In this document: positions 1 to 9,901 of the stretch, piece by piece
How the letters are laid out: the number at the start of each line of letters is the position of its first letter
Numbering within the stretch: the first letter of the stretch is position 1
Source: Scenedesmus sp. PABB004
Lineage: Eukaryota
DNA length: 64,000 nucleotides
Direction: 5' to 3'
NCBI GenBank assembly: GCA_014905635.1
Contig: JABVCE010000028.1
Coordinates: 186,001-250,000, forward strand
Position numbers and translations under genes: made by a program
The notes under the pieces: model-generated
What the model saw: the letters and a program-made list of their open reading frames with translations, nothing else
What the model was told of the DNA's origin: nothing
Databases searched by the model: none

Positions 1-225
1 CGCGACCGCGGCGCACTGGTCGCGCCAGAGCTCGCCGGCGCCTCCTGGCGAGGGGTGCGCGTGAGCGGGTGGATGGTGGGCCGCTGGTGGGGGCGGCCAA
101 GCAGAGCTGCGAGCGGCGGCGCGCCTGGCGCGGCGCTGCTGCCAGCCGCAGTTGGCGGCGGCGAGCTGCTACCGCGCCGCACCGCTCTGCGCCGCTCGCA
201 TCGCGGTGGTGGTCGCCATGAGCAT
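1..225 (-). CDS. Possible 5' end of a spliced gene running off the left edge of the window
   Basis: ATG at 225 or 219 (MLMATTTAMRAAQS), a G|GTGCGG donor, and a CGCCAG acceptor near 45 continuing GGAGELWRDQCAAVA. No recognisable homology. Confidence 0.25.
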
Positions 226-553
226 GACGAACTGCAGGGCGCCCAGCGGGCGCCCCGGTGGCGCACACGCAGAGCAGCGCATTTTCCCGCGCTGGCGCGT
301 GCGCCCCAGCTCGCGAGCTCCACGCGGAGCTTCTCACGGAGCTTCGAACCTCTACGATGAGCTCACGACATGCCTGACGGCTCCCGCCTGACCGTGACGC
401 TCCAGCTGCTGGCCTCCGAGCTCGCACCCGCGCCCGCCGCGGTCGGCCTGCAGAGCGCGCATGTGCGGGCGCCCACGCTTGAGCAGGCGTTCGTGGGGCG
501 GTGCTGCCGCGATGGCGGTCGCGGGTCGCCGTTGCTGCGGCTGCTGCCATCGA

Positions 554-2141
554 ATGGCGGGCCTGCTGCTGGCCGTCTCGGTGCTCCTTCTGGCCGGCGC
601 GCAGCTGGCCGAAAGCTCCTGCTCGGGCACAACGACCACGGCTTCCCTGATCGGCGACGCCGAGCTGGCCGTCAAGATTGGCCAAATGCTGCCAGGTGGT
701 TGCCCGCAGCTGCGGCGATCGCCGGCCAGGGCCCCCCAGGCCGCGGCGCGCTGCTCGGCCGACAGCTTTGCTCGACCTGAGCAGCTCCGGCGGTCAGCGG
801 CGGCCGCGGCGGCGCCCCGCCCCCGCGCGCCCACCCCCTGCTCGTGCCCCGCCGCCCCACAGGCGCGCACCGCCGCATCAGCGCGGCGGACCTGCCGGCG
901 GCGCGACCGCCGCCGCCGGCGGGCGGGTGGGCCATGTGCGACTGGGACTGCGCGAGCAGCGTGGAGGTCAAGTCCAGCGAGCGCGGCGAGACGCGGGGCG
1001 GCGCGTTCACGGTCGACGTCACGTGAGCGCGCGGCGGCCGGCCGTCGCGGGGGCGTGCGCGCGTGCGTGCGTGCGCCGCGCCGACCCGCCCCTCCGGCCG
1101 CAGGTTTAAGCCGTTGAAAGGCGTGACCGCGGACGCGATGGTGTGGCTGCTGCGCAACCTCCACCGCGACGCGGTGTCGCCGCTCGACGGGCGCAGCTAT
1201 CCCATGTACCTGCTGTTCCACGGCGTGGACCACCTCCACCACGAGGCGACCCCCGCCGACGACGTGCGCGTCGGCACGGTCTTCACCTGGTGCGGCGGCG
1301 CGGCACCGCGCGCGGCGCGGGCGCGCGGCGGGCGCGAGCTCAGCGGGCGCGCGGCGCCGCCCAGCGCCTCTTGTCTTCCTGCACGTGCGCGCGCGCGCGG
1401 CGCCGGCCGCCCACCGCGGCGGCCGCGCAGGTGCGAGATGCCGCTGACCGGCTGCACCTACAACCGCTCGTCCGCGGCCGAGCCCTGGACCTGCCCCCGC
1501 GAGCGAGGGCGGGGCTTCGTCGCCGGCGACCCCGCGTCCGCGTGGGCCAACCGCTTCCACACGCGGGTCAACATGACGGTCACGCGGTTTGACCGCGGCA
1601 GCATCGAGTTTGTGTCGCGCGAGACCAACCCCTTCTTCGGCCCGCCCGGCACCGACGCCGCGACGCGCGTCGTCGCGACGACGCGCCACACCTGGTCCGA
1701 CTCGCCCGACGGCCTGCGCCTGCGCAGCCAGCAGTGGGTTGGCCTCATGGCGCCGGGGAGCAACACCGAGTTTGACACCTCGCCCATCGCGCCCGTGACC
1801 AACCTCATCATCAAGAACGAGTACCTCGACGCCGCGGGTGCGCCGGACCGCGCCGCTGCCGGCCGGACGCGCGCGCGCGCGGCGGCCGGGCTGGCGGGAG
1901 ACCGGCTGGGCGGGCGGCGGGCAGCACGCGCATCTGGCGGCGCAGCCCGGGCCTGCTGAGCGTCTGCCGCGTCCGCCCCTCACGCGCCCGCGCCGCGCCG
2001 CGCCGCGCCGCACGCCGCGCAGCGAACCTGCCAAAGAACATCACCGCGGCCGCGTATGGTGGCGCGCTCCATTTCTTGCAGGAGTACGGATCGCTGTCGA
2101 CGTGGCTTCCCGACCTCTACGCGGGCCGCACGCAGGGCTGA
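554..2141 (+). CDS. Secreted PhlG / DAPG-hydrolase (phloretin hydrolase)-like protein, 5 exons
   Basis: Signal peptide MAGLLLAVSVLLLAGAQLAES. The spliced product contains LKGVTADAMVWLL, YLLFHGVDH, W|CE, GLRLRSQQWVG and C-terminal LHFLQEYGSLSTWLPDLY, matching the PhlG-family pattern. Four GT-AG introns keep the frame; TGA at 2139-2141. Confidence 0.7.
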
Positions 2142-2317
2142 GCGCGCAGCTGGCGGCGGGCGCCGCTGCGACAGGCGGCGCGGGGCCGCGGCTGGGGCGG
2201 CCGCACTCGGCGCTGGGAGCGCGCCCGCGGGTCGCGGGACCCCGCCAACGTGAACAAAACACGACCAACCATGCGTTACCCCGACGGCCCCGCGCGGCGC
2301 CAGCTGGCCAGCCGGCG

Positions 2318-3073
2318 TCAGAAGCCGGCCATCTCATCGGTCAGCACGCCCAGCAGCTGCTGCGCCGCCTCGTCGTCGATGCACGGCCGCGCCAGCCAGG
2401 CCGCGACCGCCGCGGTCAGCACGCCGCGCAGCGCCCCCGTGTCGCCGCACGCCGCGCCGCCGCCCGCGTCGCCGCCGGCGACGGCCGCGGCAAAGCTGGC
2501 CAGCAGGCTGGCCTTCACGCCCAGCTCCTGCTCGTACATCGCCAGCACGCGGCGCAGCAGCCCCGCCGCCTCGGGCAGGCTGAGCGTGTGAAACACGGGC
2601 AGCCGCGCCGCCCAGCACGGCGCGCAGCAGGGCGCGGGGAGCTCGCGCTCCACGTCGGCGAGCGCCGCCGCCATGCCCGCCACCGCGACCGCCAGCTCCG
2701 CCAGCAGGCCCTCCAGGTCGCGCAGCACGCGGCGCTGCCGCCGGCGCAGCTTGGCCGCCGCGGCGGCCGCGAGCCCCGGCACGCCCGCGAGCGCGGGCGG
2801 CAGCGGCGCCGCGGGGAGGTAGCGCTCAGCAAGCAGCGCGTTGGTCAGCGCCGCGGCGGCGCCCGTGCCGCGGTCGTGCGCGTCCGCGAACGCCGCGCCG
2901 CGCGCCCGGAACGCGGTGACCGCGAGCCGCACCGCGCGCTGCGCGCCCCGCTGCCACCGGCGCTGCTCGAGCGGCGTGGGCGGCCCTGCCGCGGCGGCGG
3001 CGGCGCCGCCGACGGGCGGCGCGCCGGCCGGCTGCGCGGGCGCGGGCGTCGCCGGCGGCCCGGGCTGCTGCAT
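2318..3073 (-). CDS. C1orf109/AIRIM-like (CK2-substrate family) helical protein, single exon
   Basis: 251-aa ORF with coding-like composition. The motifs PVFHTLSL, MYEQELGVK and AWLARPCIDD resemble the C1orf109 family and its plant homologues. Confidence 0.6.
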   Translation of the reverse strand: MQQPGPPATPAPAQPAGAPPVGGAAAAAAGPPTPLEQRRWQRGAQRAVRLAVTAFRARGAAFADAHDRGTGAAAALTNALLAERYLPAAPLPPALAGVPGLAAAAAAKLRRRQRRVLRDLEGLLAELAVAVAGMAAALADVERELPAPCCAPCWAARLPVFHTLSLPEAAGLLRRVLAMYEQELGVKASLLASFAAAVAGGDAGGGAACGDTGALRGVLTAAVAAWLARPCIDDEAAQQLLGVLTDEMAGF

Positions 3074-3088
3074 GCCGGCCGCGCCGCC

Positions 3089-3786
3089 TCAGGCGCGCGC
3101 GGGCAGCAGCGCGGGCGCGCAGCCGTCCTGCACCGCCGCCAGCGCCGCCGCGGGGCGCACGCCGCGGCCAAACGACGCCAGCAGCACGCCGCCGGGCGTG
3201 TTGAGCGCGACCAGTCCCAGCGCGCGCGCGCGGGACAGCGCGACGAAGCAGCCGTCCGTCTGGTGCACCACCAGCAGCTTGGCGCCTGCGGCGGGGGCGT
3301 CGCGGCGCAGCGGGGCGTCGCGCCGCAGCGGTTGGGGCCGCGCGCCGCCGCCGGCGCGCCGGCGGCCGCGCCGAGGGCCCCACCCCAGAGCTCGTAGGCC
3401 GTGGGCGGCGGCGCGCAGTCGTAAAAGGTCGTCACGAGCGCGGCCAGCGCCGGCGACACGGCGCCCTGCGGCGCAGTGGCGGCGTGGCGACGGCGGCGTG
3501 GCCGCTCGGCGCTCGGCGAGGCTGGCCCCGGCGCGCAGCACCTGCACCCCCCCGCCGCACCTGCAAAACCTCCGCAGCAAACGGTCCCGTCGCTGGCTCG
3601 CAGGCGCCGTGCGGCTGCGGGGCGCGGCCACGCGGGCGCGCGGGCGCGCGGGTGCGTCAGCAGCAGCGCGGACGCGAGCGCGGCGGTGGGGCGCGGCCGT
3701 CGCACCGCGACGAGCGCAAAGCCGGTGATGACGCCCCCGTCCTGGAGCTCGGCCAGGCGGTCAGTCCAGCGCCGCGGCTGCCCCAT
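3089..3786 (-). CDS. Divergent profilin-like protein (~138 aa), 4 exons
   Basis: Spliced MGQPRRWTDRLAELQDGGVITGFALVA|PHGACEPATGPFAAEVLQ|GAVSPALAALVTTFYDCAPPPTAYELW|GAKLLVVHQTDGCFVALSRARALGLVALNTPGGVLLASFGRGVRPAAALAAVQDGC. Size and helix/strand pattern are profilin-like; three GT-AG introns. Confidence 0.55.
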
Positions 3787-4322
3787 CGCCGCCGGCGCCC
3801 ATTCGGCGGCGGGCGGCGGCGCGGCGCGGTGCGGGGCAGAGGTGCGGCGATCGGCGTTCGACGCAGGTGGGCACGGAGCTGTCAGCACTGCAGCGTGTGG
3901 TCCCGTTGTTGCAACCCGGCCGGCGCTCGAGCGGGCGCCGTTTGTCGCGGTTTTCGTGCGCCGCCGCTGCCGCGGCTGAACGCCCCGCCGCCGCGAGCCC
4001 GGCCGCTCCGCCACGACGCTGACAGCCGCCTCGGCCTCTGCCAAGCCCGCTCCCAACCCGCCGGCGCTCCTTGCTGTTGCTGCTGCTGCTGCCCTCGCCT
4101 GCCCGCCCTCCCGCTCGTCAGCTGCCCCGCGGCCCGGCAGCGCTCGCACCGTCGGCTGATCAGCGCGCAGCGGCAGGCAGGCGCGCCAACGCGCCTTCCC
4201 CGGCGCGGACGGCCCGCATCGCAGGGGCAGCCCGCCCCCGCCCGGCGCCGGCCGGCCCCGCCGCGCGCCGGCGCCGCGCCCGGGGCGCCTCCGGGGCGCG
4301 ATCCGCTGGTGAGTCGCCCGCC

Positions 4323-4729
4323 ATGGCCAACAGCGACATCGAGCAGTACGTGCACCAGCTGAGCAACCAGGCGACGCGGGAGAACGCGCTGCTGGAGCTC
4401 AGCAAGAAGCGCGAGAACTTCCCCGAGCTCGCGCCCTACCTCTGGTACAGCTTTGGCACCATCGCGGCGCTGCTGCAGGAGATCGTGTCGATCTACCCGC
4501 TGCTCTCGCCGCCGGCGCTGACCGCTCACGCGTCCAACCGCGTCTGCAACGCGCTCGCGCTGCTCCAGTGCGTCGCGTCGCACCCGGAAACGCGCGGCCT
4601 CTTCCTCCAGGGTGCGCGCGCGGCCACGGGCGGCGGGCGGCGGGCGGCGGGCGGCGGGCGGCGGGCGGCGGACGGCGGGCGAGCAGCGGCGGCGGGCACG
4701 ACAGCAGCAACAGCAGCAGCAGCGGGCGC

Positions 4730-4763
<34 letters not shown>

Positions 4764-6010
4764 CCAGCACCAGCACCAGCACCAGCGGACGCGCCAGCAG
4801 CAGCGGGTGCGGCAGCAGCAGCAGCAGCAGCGGGCGCGGGCCCCGCCCTGCCTTACCTGCCCCGCCTCACCCGCCCCGCCTCACCCGCCCCGCCTCACCC
4901 TCCTGCTCACCTCCCCCCCCATCCACACCCACCTGCCCACCCCCAGCGCACGTGCCGCTGTTCCTGTACCCCTTCCTCAACACGGTCAGCAAGACGCGGC
5001 CGTTTGAGTACCTGCGGCTCACCAGCCTCGGCGTCATCGGCGCGCTCGTCAAGGTCGACGACACCGACGTCATCAACTTCCTCCTCTCCACCGGTGAGCC
5101 CTGCTGAGCCCTGAGCCCTGGTGGACGGGCAAGGCGGCGGAGCGAGCGCGGGGGCAGGCGGGCGACGCGGCGGGGGCAGGTGGCGGGCGCGACCGCGGGC
5201 GTCGCCGACGCCGCGCGGCGTGCGGCGTGCGCCGCGCGCAGAGATCATCCCGCTGTGCCTGCGCACGATGGAGATGGGCAGCGAGCTGAGCAAGACGGTG
5301 GCGACGTTCATCGTGCAGAAGATCCTGCTCGACGACGTGCGCCGCCGCTGCCTTGGAGGCCCGGGGGGGGGGGGGGGCACACGGCGCTGGGCTCACGGCG
5401 CCGGGCGCACGGCGGCCGAGAGGGGCGCCGCACGGGCCGGGCGTGCACGCACGCGCGCGGCGCGCCCGTTCCGACGCGCCGCCGCCGGCCGCCGCGCCGC
5501 GCCGCGCCGCGCAGGTGGGGCTCAACTACATCTGCGCGACCGCGGAGCGCTTCTTCGCGGTCGGCGCGGTGCTGGGCAACATGGTGGTCATGCTCGCGGA
5601 GCAGCCCAGCCCGCGCCTGCTGAAGCACATCATACGCTGCTACCTCCGCCTCTCCGACAACCCGCGGTGCGCGCCGGGACGCCGCTGCCGCGCCGCCGCC
5701 GCCGCCGCCGCGGAGGAAGGGAGGGGGGGGGGGGGACGAGAGGGAGAGGGGAGGGGCGCGGGCGCGGGCGTGCGGCGCCTGTGTCTTGCTGACCCGCCTG
5801 CTCGCCCCGCCGCGTGCTCGCAGCGCGCGCGAGGCGCTGCGGCAGTGCCTGCCGGACCTGCTGCGCAACCCGCAGTTCACGGGGTGCCTCAAGAGCGACG
5901 ACACGACGCGCCGCTGGCTCGCGCAGCTGCTCGTCAACGTCGGCAGCCCCGACTCGGCGGCGCAGCTCAGCGGCGAGGTGCTCACGCCGACGCCGCTGCA
6001 GGGCCAGTGA
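4323..6010 (+). CDS. CNOT9: CCR4-NOT subunit 9 (Rcd1/Caf40), 5 exons
   Basis: [102 protein letters not shown]; four GT-AG introns. Confidence 0.97.
4700..4830 (+). repeat. (CAG)n / (CACCAG)n microsatellite in CNOT9 intron 1
   Basis: Visible tandem cagcagcag and caccagcaccag runs. Confidence 0.9.
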
Positions 6011-6225
6011 GGCGCGCGCGCGCGCGCGCGCGCCCACACGCCGCGCGGGGCTGCTGCGCGCAGCGGGCGGGCGGGCAACCGCGGCGGAGCAGCGGAGCGG
6101 CGGCGCCGCCGCGCCGCCGGTGGCGGCCGGCCGGGCGGCCGCGGTAATCACAGCAGGTTGCACACAGCGCCGTGCGCCCGCGACGGGCGAGTGCCGCCAC
6201 GCGCCGCGCGCGCCCGCGCCCGGCG

Positions 6226-7841
6226 TCAGCCCAGCTTCAGCGAGCGCAGTGCGACCTTGGCCGCCAGCACTTTGCCCGCCTCCGACATGAAGTCGTAGGT
6301 CGCGCGCAGCCGGCTCGCCGTGTCGCTCACCTCCAGCGCGCCCACCGACGCGCGCAGCAGCTTCAGCTGCTCCGTCGGCGACGCCTCGGGCACGGCGCCC
6401 AGCGCCGCGAACGACAGCCGCGCCGCGCGCTCTGCGAGATCGCCGCCGCCAGCCTCGTCCGCCGCGTCGCCGGGCCCCTGCTGCCGCTCCTGCTGCTGCC
6501 GCTCCTGCTGCTGCTGCTCCTGCTGCTGCTGCTGCCCCGGCTCCTGCTCCCGCTCCGCCGCCGCGGGCACGAGCGGGGCGCGGCCGTACCAGAGCATGGC
6601 ATGATGCATCGCGGCGGTCGCCTTGCAGCGAAATTTTGCCGCCAGGTTTTGCACGTCCTGCATCGTCGCCGCGAGCTGCTCCACCTGCTGCGCCACCGCG
6701 GCGGCGCCGTCGCCGAGCGGCGCGTCGCGCTGCGGCACCACGACGCCGCGGATGAACGGCTCTGCCTGCGTGACTTCTGTCACGGCGACGCGGCCCTCCG
6801 CCTGGATGCGCACGAGCGCGCCCACGCCGAGCGTGCGCACCTCGAGCACCTGCGGCCCGCCCGAGGGGGGGGGGGCGGCACGCCGGCGTCAGCAGCGGCC
6901 GGCAGTCCGCGCCCGCGCGCGCGCGCGGGCTGAGGCCGGCGGCGGCGCCCCGCCCTGCCCCGCGGCGGCGCCGCCGCCCCGCCCTGCCGTCCAGCGGCGG
7001 CGCCGCCGCCCCACCCACCCGCACGAGCACACCCATGAGCAGCACAAGGTTCTGCCCGACAAACGCGCCAGGGAAGGCGGCGGCCTTGCTGCCTGCGGGG
7101 ACGCCGGCCGAGTCGGCGCCGAGTCGGCGCCGAGTTGGCGCCGAGCTGGCGCCGCGCCGCGCCGCGCCGCGCCGCGCCGCGCCGCGCCGCGCCGCGCGGT
7201 GCGTGGGCCGCGGGGGCCGGCGGGTGGGCGCCGCGGTCGCGCCGCGCGCACCCACGGCGTCGCCGCGCTGCTCGACGACGACGTGCCCCAGCAGCTTGTT
7301 CGGCCCGGGCGACGCGAGCACCTCGTCCAGCAGCGCCAGGTAGCGTGCCTCGTAGAGGTGCAGGCTCTTGACCGACCCCGGCAGCATCACCTCCTCCACG
7401 GGGAAGGGCAGCAGCGGGACGGACAGCGGGAAGGCCGGCGGCGCCGACGCGTCGCCTGCGCGCCGGCGGCGCGCGGGCGGGCGGGCGGCGGCGGCGGGGT
7501 GGGGCCGGGCGGCCGCGCGCGGCGCGAGCGCCCCGGGGGCCTGAAGTCCAGCCCCGCGTTCAGGTTGCCGCGCGCCGCGGGCGCCGTGCGCCGCTGGCGC
7601 GCTGCGGCCGAGCGCGCCGCGCCGCGGCACGCCGCGCACCGTGGCGCTGCGCCCAGACGATTCCCAGGTCCTCCTTGGCCAGGGGCTCGTCGTAGGAGCC
7701 GAACGGCGACGACTCCGAGGCGTCGCCGGCCGCGCCGCCGCTGCTCGCGGCCGCGCGCGCCGTGGGACGGCGCCACGCCAGGCGCGGCCGGCCGGCCGGC
7801 GAGGAGCAGCGCCAGCCGCCGCAATGGGGCCGGGCCAGCAT
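6226..7841 (-). CDS. LON peptidase N-terminal (substrate-binding) domain protein, probably plastid-targeted, multi-exon
   Basis: Transit-like N-terminus MLARPHCGG; PLLPFPVEEVMLPGSVKSLHLYEARYLALLDEV, VRIQAEGRVAVTEVTQAEPFIRGVV, RLSFAAL and LAAKVALRSL; contains a polyQ tract; no AAA domain. Confidence 0.8.
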
Positions 7842-8386
7842 GGCAGCGGCTGCTGCCGGGGGCGGCGGCACGGCCGGCAGCGGCGGCAGCGCGCGTGTGG
7901 CTGCGGCGGGCGCGCGCGGGCGGCGGGCGGCGGCGGGACCGGAGCGGCGCTTGGTCGTGCGAGTGGGAGCTCGGGGAGCTCGGAGAGGTCGGCCCCCGCG
8001 GCCAGGCCATGTTACTGCCAAGACCCAAGACCCCCGCGTCGCGTTGATGCAGGGCCTGCCAGCGCCCAGCTGCCAGCCCACACCGTCGAGCCCGCCACCG
8101 CCACACCGCATCGAGGTCCGCTTCGTGCTCGCGTCGCCGCTGACAGCGGGAGCGCCGCAGGCAGGCAACCGCAGCAGCAGCGGCAGCAGCGCCGCCAGCG
8201 GCTCTCGCCCGGGCCCGCTGTCGCCGGCGAATCGCCCGCCCCCCGTCCTCGCCGGCGCAGCGCCCGCGGCGCGCCCCGCCGAAGGGCGCCGCCGCCCGCC
8301 GGCCGGGGCGTGCGCGGCCGGGGGCGCGGCGGCACAGGAGCAGCGGCGCCGCGCGTGGGCGGGCCGCCGCCGCGGGCGCCGCCGCG

Positions 8387-9603
8387 ATGTTTTACCACGT
8401 GACCATCAGCCAGACCATCGACCTGGAGCCGATGCACTTTGGGCCCAAGCTCAAGGAGACGATCCGCACCAAGATCGTCGACAAGGCGTGTCGGCCGCCG
8501 CCGCCGCCGCCGCCGCTGCCGCTGCTGCTTTGCAGCGGCGGACGCGGGCGCTGCGGACGCGAGCGCGGCGCGCGAGGGCGCGGCGCTGAGCCGCGCGCCG
8601 TCGCGCGTGGGCGCAGGTCGAGGGCACGTGCAGCGCCAAGCACGGCTACATCATCGCCGTGCTGACGGTGGAAAACATCTCCAAGGCGCGGCGGCGGACG
8701 CGGTGCAGGCGCAGCAGCGCGAGGCGGCGCGCCGCGGCGGCGGCGGCGGCGGCGGCGGCGCCCGCGCGACCGCGCCCGCCCCGCCCCGCGGCGCCGCCGC
8801 CGGCGCGCAGGGCAAGATCCGGCAGGACGGCAGCGGGCTGGCGACGTTCCGGGCGTCGTTCCAGTGCGTCACGTTCCGGCCGTTCAAGAACGAGGTGCTC
8901 GACTGCGTCGTCTCGTCGGTCAACAAGGCGCGCGACGCGCGGCGCCGCGCGCCCCGGCGGCGGCGCCGGCGCGGCGCCGCGGCCAGCGCAGCGCGCCCCG
9001 CTGCTCTTGACGCGCGGCCCGCGCGGCGCGCCGCGCGAGCGCAGATGGGCTTCTTTGCCGACGCGGGGCCGCTGCAGATCTTTGTCTCAAGCCACGTGAG
9101 CGCGCGCCGCGCGAGCGGATCCCCGCGCCCGCCGCGCTCGCCGCGCCCGCCGCGCTCGCCGCGCCCGCCGCGCTCGCCGCGCCCGCCGCGGGCCGCAGCC
9201 CGCCGCCCGTCGCGCCGCACCTGCCCTCGAGGCGCCCCCGTCGCGTGCCCACGCCGCCCGCCCTGCGTGCCGCGTGCGCCGCCCGTGCTCGCCGCGCGCG
9301 CGCAGCTCATCCCCGAAGACTATGAATACACGAGCGTCAACGGCGACGCCTTTGCGACGATGGACGCGACAAACCAGGTCCGCGAGGGCAGCGAGGTGCG
9401 CGTGCGCATCGTCGGCGTGCGCACCGACCTCGCAGACATGGTGCGCCGCCGCGCGCCGGGGCGCCGCGGGGCGGGGGGCGGCCGGGGCGCGCGGCGCGTC
9501 GGCGCGCGGCGCGTCCTGCGAGCCCCGCCGGCGCCGCGCCCCGCAGTTTTGCATCGGCACGATGAAGGAGGACTGCCTTGGCGTGGTCAACGAGGCGGTG
9601 TGA
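8387..9603 (+). CDS. RPB7: RNA polymerase II subunit RPB7, 6 exons
   Basis: MFYHVTISQTIDLEPMHFGP, VEGTCSAKHGYIIAV, FRPFKNEVLDCVVSSVNK|MGFFADAGPLQIFVSSH|LIP, FCIGTMKEDCLG. Introns 8486-8616, 8686-8810 and 8928-9044 are GC-AG. Confidence 0.97.
9123..9190 (+). repeat. 18-bp tandem repeat (CCGCGCCCGCCGCGCTCG), about 3.7 copies, in RPB7 intron 4
   Basis: Directly visible. Confidence 0.85.
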
Positions 9604-9901
9604 GGCGGGGCGCGCGCGCCGCCGCCGCCCGGGGCCCGGAGCATGCTGGCAGCGCACGCTGTGTGCCAAGCCGGCCGTGGTTCTTCTCGCGCTGCGCCGC
9701 CGCCGCGGCGCCCGGCAACTGCGTCCCGCGCCGCCGCCTCCCGCGCCACACGGCCGGCAGCGACAGCCCCAGCCCGCGCGCCACGCGCGAGGCAGCGCGA
9801 TGCGGTCGTCGCGCCGCTGCTGGCCGCCGCTCGCCGGCGGCACGGCGGGCTCGCTCGCGCGCGGCAGCGATCGGGCTCTGTGAGCGGGCCCGCAGGCCGC
9901 C

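Noticed and set aside
370..510. PTLEQAFV resembling an ABC-transporter C-terminal motif
   Set aside because: The motif is isolated, has no upstream ABC exons and lies in the likely promoter/UTR of the PhlG-like gene.
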